64,000 nucleotides of DNA. Source: Eledone cirrhosa (lineage: Eukaryota). Below the pieces are notes generated by a model, which ran no database searches, was not told the DNA's origin, and saw nothing but the letters and a program-made list of their open reading frames with translations. The stretch covers positions 249,984,001-250,048,000 of the forward strand of contig OZ024740.1 in the NCBI GenBank assembly GCA_964016885.1. Reading direction: 5' to 3'. Shown here in pieces: positions 40,101 to 52,739 of the stretch; position 1 is the stretch's first letter, and each line of letters starts with the position of its first letter. The translations under genes were made by a program, and so were the position numbers.

Positions 40101-42814
40101 TCTGACAGCAAGAGATTATTTGGCGAGGAACAGAGTTGGGTTAACAAATGTAAGCAAAATAAAAATAAATACAATTTTAAAATTGGAAAAAAAAAGTTGC
40201 TGCAATCATCTGTTTGAATTACAGATGTGCACCATCTGTTTTAATAACAGAAAACAAAATGAAAAATCTTGTTGCAGTCATCTGGCTGAATATCAGATGT
40301 GCCAAAAAACAAACAAAAATAAGACAATAGACCACCTATATACAAATTATGTCTGTCTTGGACATTTCAATAGGTGGTTAAAAAGTTATAGGTTTATAAA
40401 AATGTATTCCAATGAAAATAAAATCTTTGAAAATGTGGATTTTGTAAAAAAAAAATTTTAGCCAATAAAAAAAATCCTTAGACTTTTCTAAGGCATTATG
40501 AGTATTGGTTAAAGAAATAAATATCTTGAAAAGTAAAAGAAAAAAAAAGAAAGTCATCTGGGAACTTCCGTTTGTCTTGAGATACCATGGATCTGCATCA
40601 GGGAAATTCCTCTCTAACTTGCAGGCCAGTACTGTCATTGATGTCCAGCTGTATTAACCTTTTTGTTTCCTTTTACATCAGTGACACAAAGATGTGAGAA
40701 TTGCATGGATGGGAGACTGCTTGAGGAAAAAAAAAATTTCCAGGCATGTGCCTTGAAGAGGTACTTTCCCAGTGAATATACATGATCTCCCAAGTAGTCG
40801 TCATTTCTATAACTAATTTACTACTTTCGGTATTTCATTGTTTCTACCCAAATGGCAGTTTTTCCAGACTTAAATCAAAATAGGAACAAATCTTTGGAGA
40901 GAAACAAATGTCATCTTTCCAAGAGTAACAAAAAAATAAGTTGACCAAATGTTTTTTTAAGGGAAAGGTCATGGGAATAGAATGTTATCTTCATCAAATA
41001 CTTTTACAATTTTAACTATTATATCAGATTTTTATAGAGAGAATTTCATGAACAAAGTTAATTATTCCTGAAGACTTAGTGCATTTTCTAGCTGGAAAAT
41101 TTAATCTGGTCATTCATATAGTAATTGGAAGTCAAGACTTTCAGTTGTGGTAAGTATATATATATTTTTTTTCACACAAGTGGATAGTTGAAATTTTAAT
41201 CTTAAAACACTAGCTTAATTTCAGCTTTTGATAACTTGAAAGAGAGTCTGGTATGTTATTTATCTCCAATCCCTTGTGTGCCAAAGACATACTGTTACAT
41301 TTTAGTTTAGTTTGTGAAGCACAAGTCCAAAGTAAATCAAGAAAATTTCATTTTAAAGAATGTTTTTTTTAATTTAAAAAATGAACATGTAATGCCAGTC
41401 TGTGGTTGTAAATACTGGCAGTAAATACTAGTATTGAAAGAAATATATAAGCACAAATATTTAAATAGCACAGGCCACTTTCCAAATAGTACTCAGAAAT
41501 TACCAAATTAAAAAAAAGTCATTATTAAGATTTATGTTAATCATTAAGACTATAATTAAAACATTGAGGCAATGGGTTGTATCATCAGAGCCAACTTCAG
41601 GGGATATTTTATTTTTTTGTTTTACTGTTTAGTCAACACCTATGACCCTTTATTTTGTTTTAGGGCTTCAATTACTATTGTAGACGGAAAAGAGGAAGGT
41701 ATCCTCAAACTATAGACCTTGTAGCAAATTGATCTCTGTTAAAAGTAATGAAGGACCAAATGGAGGTATAAAATCAGGTGATCAATTAACTGAAATAAAG
41801 CAATAAGTAACAATATTACTTACTAATTTAAACAAATGCTGATTTTTTTCTTTAGATTTTCTAGTCAAGTAATATAAATTGAACCAACCAAGGCATTATA
41901 GCCTTAATATTTATGGAGTAAATTTTGGCAACAGTGATATCAGAATAAAAGAACTCAAGATTGATCACCAAATCCCAAGACTTAACTAGCCTATCATTGG
42001 CTAGTCATAATTAAAGGTGAACACAGTCCACCTGCAATTAATGATAAATGAAAAAATTCACTTGCAAAAATTTTAATAAAAATATTTTTTCAAAAAAATA
42101 AAACAACAAACAGAACAAATAAATAAATAAAATAGCCTGAAATATCTGTTAAATTTTGATTAAAATTAAAACAGACAAATTGTTTCAGTAACAAATATGT
42201 ACATCCATGGAATTTTTGTTCCCTCACAAAAATATAATAATCTTTGAACAGAATCAAAGTTATAAAACCATGGTTGCAATTTTTTTTCTAAAATAAAAAG
42301 AATATAAAAATCCTAAGTGTTGCTAATGTGTCACAAGTGATGCCTCAAAGTGGAAACTGGGAGGAATCTTTAGAAATACCAGCAAGCAGTTAGTAATGGT
42401 ACATTGAATGTGTAACCCATGATGGAGACATAGAGGTGCCAATCTGATATTGTGGGTAATTTTAAAACTTGGCAAAGCCCATCCCTTTCCAGGTCTGACT
42501 ACAGCTCATTTCGTCCAGACAAAGAAAGAAAGAAAGTATTAGAGAAGAAGAATCAATCCCCGTACTGGACTGGTGCTTTTCATTTATTGATATTGCAAGG
42601 ATGGAAAACAAAACTGACCTCATTGGGATTTGGTCTCACATGCAAAGTCGGAATACTGCAAATCATTCTATCCCCAAATGACTGCTAGTTTACTGCCTTT
42701 AGTGTAGGTTTATATGGAGGACAGATGGGAAGTTTCATGTCCTTCCTAACAAAATTTAATTTCATATGAAGTTCCAATTGGAAACTGGAACAGGATAGTA
42801 AATAATGTTAAGTC

Positions 42815-43060
42815 TCAGGCCCAGAAACTCATCAGGCCAGAGTTTATCCAAGTTTCATGTGGCGTTAAATGACTGAGAATACAAGACGGTTCACCAGTTC
42901 ATTGCAAAGTGAAACTCCAGCTACTGCTGCTACTCATTTTTTTCAACTGAGTGGAATAGAGCAATGTGAAATGAAGTGCCTTGCAGTACAACAGGCCACC
43001 CAATCTGTTAATTAAACTCACGAACCCAACACCTTAACCACTGGAGCAAGAACCTTCACA
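42815..43060 (-). mobile_element. Degenerate tRNA-derived SINE
   Basis: caactgagtggaatagagcaatgtgaaatgaagtg...ccttaaccact is related to 46420-46551; similar remnants at ~25040-25295 and ~54935-55165. Confidence 0.6.
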
Positions 43061-44359
43061 TTGTAGATTATATGCCAGGCACATACAACACTCACTATAA
43101 TTTTATGGAATATCAAAATATACTTCAAGATAATCTCCATTAAAAGAGTAACTACAACTCTAACATAACTCTACAAAAATAGAGTTTTTAAAAATGTAGC
43201 CTAGTTAATTCTAGTCAAATTCATTATTGCATTATTGCATAAATAAGAAAACTTTCCTGCAAATATTACTCTTAATTCATCAGTCCATTTCCTATAAAAG
43301 AGGAAATTAATATTGGAATGCACTGGATACAGAATTTTTAGTAAAAAAAAAAAAACCATACACAGAAAAGCTTACTCAGTGCTGAAGATGGAGGTAAATT
43401 TTTCCCCCATTATTATTTACTATGAAGAACGAAATTACCTCACACTAAATACAATCAAAGACCAAAAAAAAAAAAAAAAATTCTCCCAGTGTCTAAATTG
43501 CCATAGCATCCCATTAACAGAAACAACACTTGGAATAAAATACAAACTTCTCCATCGGAATGATAATTTTTTTTTGGAATTATAAAAACGTTTGATGTAT
43601 TCAAATGCTTTGTGTGTTTTGCTCCTAAAATTCTTTTAAATTGACTGAGCCTCCCTTTAATATGTCAAACTTAGACATTTTATTATTGTTTTCACTGCAG
43701 GTTTGGTTGAGAGTAAGAATTTTTCACAAATACTATGTTCCTTATACAAAATGTGTGTGTATATATATATATACTAATATTCATACACACATACATATAA
43801 TGAAAGATATACAATATATATATATATATATACACAAGAAGATAAATTTTGTTTGTGTAGATCAAATCAATTATGTTTAAGGTGAATGTGCAAACAAAAT
43901 AAATATGGAGGACTGCTTACCAAATATTTTCCCTCAACGTGTTCCTTGTCGCATGCATCATGGGTATCCAGTTAAAAAATTAGGGTATAATTTCCAAAGA
44001 GAAAATCACGAAGTATTTATAAGTGTAAATATGGTAGCAAGAAAAACAGGAAGAAGTGGTGAGGAGAAATTTATAGAGAGTTCAATCTTTGACATGTTTC
44101 TGTACAATTATATAACCGTCTACATGCGCTGACTGCATTGTACAATGCACATTCGTATGCATTACGTTTCAATTATTGCACTTCATCAGAAAGAAGTTAA
44201 CTGGGAGGAAGAACCTCCATGCCCCCTTCCCCCTACCCCAATCTCGACCCACCTCACGGTACTGTCGTTATGTAAGTACTTCTTACCTATTTGCCTTTCC
44301 CACATGTATAACGTACTTGAATTGTGCCTGTAAGTGTGTATATATATATGTGTGTGTGT

Positions 44360-45480
44360 GTATATATATATACATATACATCACACCGATACCACCCACT
44401 CCACACCCACACCCGTATTCACCCCCTCCCACCACTAATAATACTAATACCCACCCTACCACACACACACTCATACCCAAACACGCACACACACATCAGT
44501 ACATTGCACTCACTCATACTGTCCCCAGCACCTCTCTCTCTCTCCCCCTGCACTACCAACACCCACCCACGCACACATCCCACTAACACCTCCACTAATA
44601 TACACCCCCCACACATCGCCACCCTCAACCTTTCACACATACCCATCCCCTTCCCTGTCCACCGCACCTCCGCACACACACACACACATACAGACCATCC
44701 CTAACACCCGTCCATCTGCCTTCATCCCTACCACTGCCTGTCTGTCACCCTCCTACTGCTATCTCCTCTCTCCCGCATCCTTTGCCCTGCCTTGACCCTC
44801 TTGACCACTTCCTGTTGCACGCGCACACACAACTCTCTACTTGCTTCGCACCATTCCACTGGTCACACCGCTCCAGACATCCACCCTGTTATTCTAGGAT
44901 TTCTCACCATCTCTTCATACACTCCCCAGGAAAACATTCAGGAACACACAAACTCACAAACACTTACACTATTTCCGCACACACTCAACCATACACCCAC
45001 ACCATACAAAATCACACACACACACACGTGCGTATCCTCACAAACTCGGACTCCGCACGCCCCCTCTTAACCCTCTCCATCCACACGCACACACACACAC
45101 TGACTTACACCCCACCCCATGTACACACTGGTTTTCCTGTTACCCGAACATGGAACCTCATTCTTCCCTAAACTCTCATACTCACATACACACACACGTA
45201 CACCTACACACATACACAATCACCACCTTCTGCCCTCCCCCACACCTACCACCCTGTCACCACTTGTGTCATTTTAATTTTTTCCTTCCCTTCTTTTCCC
45301 CCCCTTTTAATGTCTTTCCACCACTCCCCTTCACACCCTTGGAACTCTTTTCCTTCCCACTTTTCTCCTGATGAAGAGCTTATGCTCGAAATGTCCCCCC
45401 CCCCACTCTCAAGCATGAATCCAATACTAACACTTTGTACTGCACTCTTCGTTATTGTTTTTGTTTTCTGTTTTAACATA
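44360..45480 (+). mobile_element. CA-rich degenerate PLE-like 3' remnant ending in a hammerhead core
   Basis: Weak GIY-YIG tail-like peptides (LASHHSTGHTAPDIHPVIL; HKLGLRTP) upstream of a canonical hammerhead core. Confidence 0.45.
45368..45395 (+). ncRNA. Minimal hammerhead ribozyme core
   Basis: CUGAUGA a GAGC uuau GCUC GAAA UG UC; stem I partner not retained. Confidence 0.6.
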
Positions 45481-45934
45481 TATATATATCTATGTGTGTA
45501 TATATACATATATATATGTGTGTGTGTATATAGGTATATGTGTGTATGTATATATATGTGTAAATGTGTATATAGTATGTATATATATATATATATGTAT
45601 GTGTGTATGTTTATGTGTGAGTGTGTGTGTGTATGTGTATATGAATGTATATGTGTGTATGTATATATGTGTGTATATATATATATGTATGTATAACAAA
45701 GGGAATGTGGTAAGGAACCAGATGGACCATAACGCACCAAAGTACTCAATACTTAGGGTAGTAGAGTGAGTAATAGGAACGAGTAGGACCCCGACGGCTG
45801 AGCTCAAGCCGTTTTGACGGCTAATTCTGGACTAAAATGTATGTATATATATATGTATGTGTATATATATGTGTATGTATATATATATATGTATGTATAT
45901 ATATATATATTTATATATATATATATATGTATAT

Positions 45935-46040
45935 CACCATCATCATCATCACCGTTTTACGTCCGTTCTTCCATGCTAGCATGGGTTAGACGCGTTGTCC
46001 TGTTGTGGGCAATGCTCTAACCACTAAGCCATGTGCCTCC
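45935..46040 (-). mobile_element. Internally deleted mini-SINE (tRNA head fused to RTE-type tail)
   Basis: 3' tail catcat..ttttacgtccgttcttccatgctagcatggg joined directly to head caatgctctaaccactaagccatgtgcctcc. Confidence 0.75.
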
Positions 46041-46073
<33 letters not shown>

Positions 46074-46213
46074 CATATGTATATATATATACATATGTAT
46101 ATGTATATATATGTGTATGTGTATATATATATATCATCATCATTTCATTTTACGTCATATATATATATACTTATATATATGTATATATATGTGTGTGTGT
46201 ATATATATATATA

Positions 46214-46551
46214 TCATCATCATTTCATTTTACGTCCACTTTTTCCCTGCTGGCAAGGGTGGGACGGGAACTGATTCTGGCTTGATTTCTACAGCTGAAT
46301 GCCCTTCCTAACACCAACCTCATTTACAGTGAGTGCTGGGTGCTTTTTTTCCGTGGCACCTACACGACCACTGTGCAGTGGAATGATAGGGACCGCAGTC
46401 CCTATCATATCATTTCTACAGCTGAGTAAACTGGAGCAATGTGAAATAAAGTGTCTTGCTCAAGGAAACAACACATCACCCGGTCTGAGAATTGAACTCA
46501 CAACCTTTCGATTGCAAGGCCAATGCTCTAGCCACTAAGCCATGTGCCTCC
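46214..46551 (-). mobile_element. tRNA-headed SINE with bipartite RTE-derived body and tail
   Basis: Minus strand: ggaggcacatggcttagtggctagagca (A-box-like), gagttcaattc (B-box-like), RTE 5'-UTR motif, then a 3' end nearly identical to LINE A 2131-2170. Confidence 0.85.
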
Positions 46552-46754
46552 ATGTATATATACATATAGGTATATAAATACATATGTATATATGTGTATA
46601 TATATAAATAATAATAATAATATTTATACTTATATATGAGTTATATACAATTATAAATATGAAAGAGTCCGGAAGAAACAATTGTCTGCAATTAAATGTA
46701 TGAAACTAAAATTTGATTGTTTTATATTTTGTATATATGTATTTATATATGTAA

Positions 46755-47205
46755 AGTGGACGTGTAGGCGCCACGAAAAAGCACCCAGCACTCACTGTAA
46801 ATGAGGTTGGTGTTAGGAAGGGCATCCAGCTGTAGAAATCAAGCCAGATCAGTTCCTGTATGAGCAAGGCATGGTCAGCCGACCAGACACTGCCTACAAC
46901 AGGACAACCCGTCTAACCCATGCTAGCGTGGAAGAACGGACGTAAAACGGTGATGATGATGATGATGATGATGATATATATATAAATACATATATATATA
47001 CAATATTAAATAAATGGAAAACTATATTTATAAAACCATATTTATTTCATTATATATATTTCGGGGATACCATATTAACATACAGTTCCTGTATGAGCAA
47101 GGCATGGTCAGCCGACCAGACACTGCCTACAACAGGACAACCCGTCTAACCCATGCTAGCGTGGAAGAACGGACGTAAAACGGTGATGATGATGATGATG
47201 ATGAT
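46755..47205 (+). mobile_element. Bipartite RTE-derived SINE 3' part plus local duplicate of its last ~120 bp
   Basis: ggtgttaggaagggcatccagctgtagaa...ggacgtaaaacgg(TGA)n; cagttcctgtatgagc...tail repeated identically at ~47083-47205. Confidence 0.85.
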
Positions 47206-48210
<1,005 letters not shown>

Positions 48211-48227
48211 ACCCGTGCAGGGTTCAT

Positions 48228-48410
48228 TATGGCAGTATCGGTAGAGGGTCGGACGCCATGCTTTCCAGCATAGTTACGTCCCTTTACGATCTGAGTTCAA
48301 ATCCCGCCGAGGTTGACTTTGCCTTTCATCCTTACGGGGTCGATAAAATAAAGTACCAGTAATGCTCTGGGGAATTTGCTGGCTTTGTGCCAAAAGTAGA
48401 AACAATTATT
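48228..48410 (+). mobile_element. tRNA-derived SINE
   Basis: tggcagtatcggtagag (A-box-like), gagttcaaatcc (B-box-like), gcctttcatccttacggggtcgataaa body shared by several copies in the window. Confidence 0.85.
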
Positions 48411-48551
48411 AAATTCTTTAGTCTTTTAAAAGCCGCAGATGAGCCCCATTGGGTGAAACATGTGTAAGAGCTTTTTATAAATGTATTTTAACGGCTTGCT
48501 TCTCTTTCATCAACTTCTTCGATTACATATATATGTATATATACATATATA

Positions 48552-49451
48552 CAAGGTGCAGACGATATTTGTTTGCAAGAATACTGTCTAGGAAAAAATA
48601 ACACAGTAGTTTTATTTTTTAAGATATATTTATCAAACTTGGGTCAGTTTGTCTTCATGACTTGTTCTGTCGATCTCACTCGATAAACCCGCCATTGGCT
48701 TTGATGACGGCCTCAAGGCGGCTTCGGAACTGGCTACATGCCTTCGTCACTGTCCCCCGATTTAGGCCCCTAAAGGCACTTGTGATCCTGGCCTTCAGAT
48801 CGTCTTTCGTATTGCAGCTAGATCTGTTGGTGTCTCGTTCCACTGTGCCCCACACAAAGAAGTGGAGGGGGTTGCAGTCAGGTGAGCTGGGAGGCCATTG
48901 TGGTCGACGATGTTCTCTGACAGCCAGGCTTGGGTCTTTCGGTTGGTATGGCAGGGCGCTGAGTCTTGCTGCCGCACGTACGGCCTACCTGCAGCTACCT
49001 GGTCGATCCAGAGCTTTACTACCTCGTTCAGAATGCTGATGTAGCCATCGGTGTTCAGCTTGAGGCCCCCCTGATGATATCCTGAACTTCAGCGACGAAC
49101 TTGGGTGTTCTGAAGGCGTCAGATCGTCGATCATGTGTTTTCCTCGCTGATGTTGCTTCGTAGTCGAATCCTGAATCTTCTAATTCCTTTCTGTCCTTTT
49201 CCACCATTCTCCTGCTGACGCTGAGAAAGTCTGAAATTTCCTTATATGTCCTCCCGGCGCGGATTCCAAGAAGAACTCCGTGTCTCTTCCACAAATTTGG
49301 AGGTTCAAAATAATTCGTAATCAATTATTCTGAAAATAAATAATGGAAATATAGTCACTGTTTTTATGAAGACAAGAGTGACAACGGAAGTAAAAAAAAT
49401 TTGCATAAAATTAGCAGATGAAAATTGCAAACAAATATCATCCACACCCTG
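48552..49451 (-). mobile_element. Internally deleted Tc1/mariner-family transposon with both TIRs
   Basis: TIRs CAAGGTGCAGACGATATTTGTTTGCAA / TTGCAAACAAATATCATCCACACCCTG flanked by TA; N-terminal HTH (RAGRTYKEISDFLSVSRRMV) and QQDSAPCHT fragments. Confidence 0.9.
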
Positions 49452-49533
49452 TATATATATAATTGTTTATATACATATATATATATGTATATATATATAT
49501 TTATCACAGAAAAAAGAGAATCAGAATATATAT

Positions 49534-50022
49534 ATATAATTGGTGTTGGATGCTGAAAGCGTCCAATGCGGTAGGCCGTATGAGCACTCAATGCCCTCGT
49601 AGAGCAGAGTATGATATCACAGAAAAAAGAGAATCAGTGTTGCAGCGAAAGGAATTTATTGGACATATTACAATTGTTTTTCGGGTGACCAGCTCGAGGC
49701 ACGATTGATATGGTGATCAAACCTGACACTGAAATCACTCGGTCGTTGGATACATCTCAATTCTATGAAGCAGATTTTCCTATATAGGAAAATCTGCTTC
49801 ATAGAATCGAGACGTTTCCGACGACCGAGTGATTTCAGTGTCAGGTTTGATCACCATATCAATCGTGCCTCGAGCTGGTCACCCGAAAAACAATTGTAAT
49901 ATGTCCAATAAATTCCTTTCGCTGCAACACTGATTCTCTTTTTTCTGTGATATTATACTCTGCTCTACGAGGGCATTGAGTGCTCATACGGCCTATGCTT
50001 TCAGCATCCAACACCAATTATA
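49534..50022. repeat. Large palindrome, ~245-bp arms, no spacer
   Basis: Centre ttttcctat|ataggaaaa at 49783/49784; arms differ by a few substitutions and one ~10-nt indel. Confidence 0.95.
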
Positions 50023-50342
50023 TATATATGCATGTATATATATATGTATATGTATATATATATATGAAAGCATATATATATATATATATATATATATGTG
50101 TATATATATATATGTATATATATATGATACCAGTGAGCTGGGACTCTTACTTAAACTTACCTATAGTAATGATTATCTAGATACATATGACCTTAGCAAC
50201 CTGTGTCCTACAAGACCAGCAAGAGGCAGACCACCTACCATTACCTCAATGGCCAAGAAAACCCACACAGAAAGATGGAACAGGTGGACCAGAGCCATAC
50301 GGACCCCCGAAAACCACGATGAACTAAAGAAAATGATGGCAC

Positions 50343-51641
50343 ATGCGGTGGGGGGCCAGTATAAAATTAACCCTTAAGGAACATATGTTCAAATTTAATG
50401 GAAAAACATATGCCCAAGAGGAGGGAGCAGCCATTGGTGTTAGCATTGCAGGTGACATAGCTAACCTATTCATGGTATGGTGGGACAATAAACTTAAACT
50501 TAAAGAACAATTAGAAGACAGCAACCTCTTAACCCTGATAATGTACTCCCGCTACGTTGATGATATAAACATCGTAGTAAAAACACCCCCACTAGAGAAC
50601 CGTCAGGAATTAGAGAAAAACACCATGGAAAGCATCCAGAAAATAGCTAACTCCATCCACCAGAGTATTAGTGTTACCATAGACTACCCAAGCAAACACC
50701 CCAACCATCGATTACCTGTACTAGACACAGAGCTCTGGTTAGAAACCATTAATAACAAAAAACAAATCCTCCATTCCCATTATGCCAAACCCATGACTTC
50801 CAAATATCTGATCCACCGAAACTCAGCTGTTTCGGATCACACCAAAATCAACATACTGATTGCGGATTTGGTATGGGTGATGAGAAACGTGTCCCGCATG
50901 TGCAACCCCAAAGAACTAGAGAGACACATACAACACTTCATCCACCGTATGCAGTTCTCTGGTTACAATCAGAGAGATAAAATTAGAGTATATAGAGGAG
51001 CCAGAACCAAATGGGAAAAAATGGTAAATAAGGATACAAATGGGACCTGCCCCTTGTATAGGAGCAAATTTTGGAATAGAATAGTAAGAACTAGGAATAA
51101 GGCTAATAGAATAAACTCATGGTATGATAGCAATAAATACCAGAGTGTAATGTTCATCGATACAACCCCTAGAGGTGAATTAGCTTACAAATTTAGAAGG
51201 GCCCTAGATAAATATAAACTTAATATTAAGATAGTAGAAAGACCAGGTACCTCCATAAAAACACTTATTAGCAATACATACCCTTTTCAAAGACCTCCCT
51301 GTATAGATAAGAAATGCATAATCTGTAAACTAAGCCCCCATATTAACTGTAAAACTAGAAATGTAGTATATAGCATAAGATGTACTGAAGGACAATGTAA
51401 AGATAAGAATATAGTGTACATAGGTGAGACAGCTCGTAGTATAGGGGAACGGTTAAATGAACACTGGCGAGAACTTCAAGATATAAAAGAATCACCAATA
51501 CTCCACCAACATGCTAAAATAGAACATAAGGGCAAATTAGAGAACATAGAAATAAAAATAGAATCTACACACAGAAAAGACGCAAAGTTTAGACAAATCA
51601 CAGAGGCAATAAACATAAATGAACCAACCAAAATTAAATAG
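50343..51641 (+). pseudogene. PLE RT-GIY-YIG ORF remnant
   Basis: 432-aa open segment; frameshift at the G run near 50350 joins the upstream GRPPTIT frame; a second shift precedes the expected KLNRKHEW tail. Confidence 0.88.
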
Positions 51642-51874
51642 AAAACATGAATGGAATAGCAACATCACAACTTACAATTAAGGACAAAATGAAAACACAC
51701 ACATAGAGCAAACAACCAACCAGTAACATGTAAATAAACAAATAAATAAACAAATAAAAACACACACAGACACCTGGATGTAACACATACGCAAACTAAG
51801 CACACAACACACACACAAACAAGATGGCGTAGGACAGAACAAAGGAGAGGCACAAAACAAAGAAAAGAATCCCA

Positions 51875-51917
51875 GTCACTGAAGAGGTCACAGAATGTAT
51901 GATGAAAGAACTTTGAC
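51875..51917 (+). ncRNA. Type I hammerhead ribozyme-like motif in the PLE pLTR
   Basis: guca CUGAAGA g-guca...ugau GAAA gaac UU ugac; stem I guca/ugac; located ~240 bp downstream of the PLE ORF. Confidence 0.62.
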
Positions 51918-52273
51918 AATATATGAACAACCGTCCGGTTATGGAACCAACCAACCAAACGGAAATTTATAAATTTAATTTATAATAAATTGGAGTGAAA
52001 GTAACTGGTGTGTGTGTTTCTTATTGGCAACATGACCCTCCCAAAGCATAACAATATATATATATGTATATATATATATATATGTGTATATATATGTATA
52101 TATGTATGTATATATGTATGTATATATATATGTATATGTATATATATATGTATATATAAGTATGTATATGTATATATATATTTGAGTATCCAGGAAAGCT
52201 CCAACCATTAAGGTTGTCTTTTTTCAGGGTATGTCAATATTTATTTATAAAACTAATCTGTATTGTATTTTAT

Positions 52274-52321
52274 CTGATGAAAGCGCACCATAATTTGCCT
52301 TGGTGGCCCTTGAAATATGTA
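52274..52321 (+). ncRNA. Hammerhead core-like motif
   Basis: CUGAUGA aagcgcacca...ugguggcccuu GAAA UAUG UA; stem I register imperfect. Confidence 0.5.
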
Positions 52322-52355
52322 TAATTAAATAAATATAGTTTCCATTTGTTAATAT

Positions 52356-52457
<102 letters not shown>

Positions 52458-52527
52458 TATATATATATACACTTATACATATACATATACCAAGTAAGAA
52501 TATTTTCAAAACAGGGAGTGAGTTTGA

Positions 52528-52739
52528 AATTATAAATGTAAGCTATCGCCGTATTTTGATTAAAGTAATTAAAGAAATTATTTAGCCTGATAGTGGGGTT
52601 AAGAACCCTCGGAGAAATGGAAAAAGATGAGTATTGACGTACATGGGAGTCGAACCTATGGGTTCTTAACCCCACTATCAGGCTAAATAATTTTCTTTAA
52701 TTTTTTTGGCAAAATACAGCGATAGCTTACATTTATAAT
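52528..52739. repeat. Inverted repeat, ~80-bp arms, ~50-bp spacer
   Basis: tataaatgtaagctatcgc...gcctgatagtggggttaagaaccc versus gggttcttaaccccactatcaggc...gcgatagcttacatttata. Confidence 0.9.

Larger units (their letters stand above)
50127..52052 (+). mobile_element. 5'-truncated Penelope-like element (Neptune-like) with 3' pLTR
   Basis: RT motifs QEEGAAIG, YSRYVDDI, LPVLD, HYAKP; Cys linker PCIDKKCIIC; GIY-YIG NVVYSIRC...VYIGETARSIGERLNEH; flanked by (TA)n. Confidence 0.92.

Noticed and set aside
39780-41790. Weak similarity among ~39780-39900, ~41625-41790 and ~54500-54650
   Set aside because: Probably an old dispersed repeat, but too diverged to delimit by eye.
45695-45836. GC-richer island with short hairpin agccgt...acggct
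   Set aside because: No second copy or coding signal in the window; it cannot be assigned.
48228-48305. tRNA-like A and B boxes
   Set aside because: No cloverleaf; it is the head of a multi-copy SINE, not a tRNA gene.
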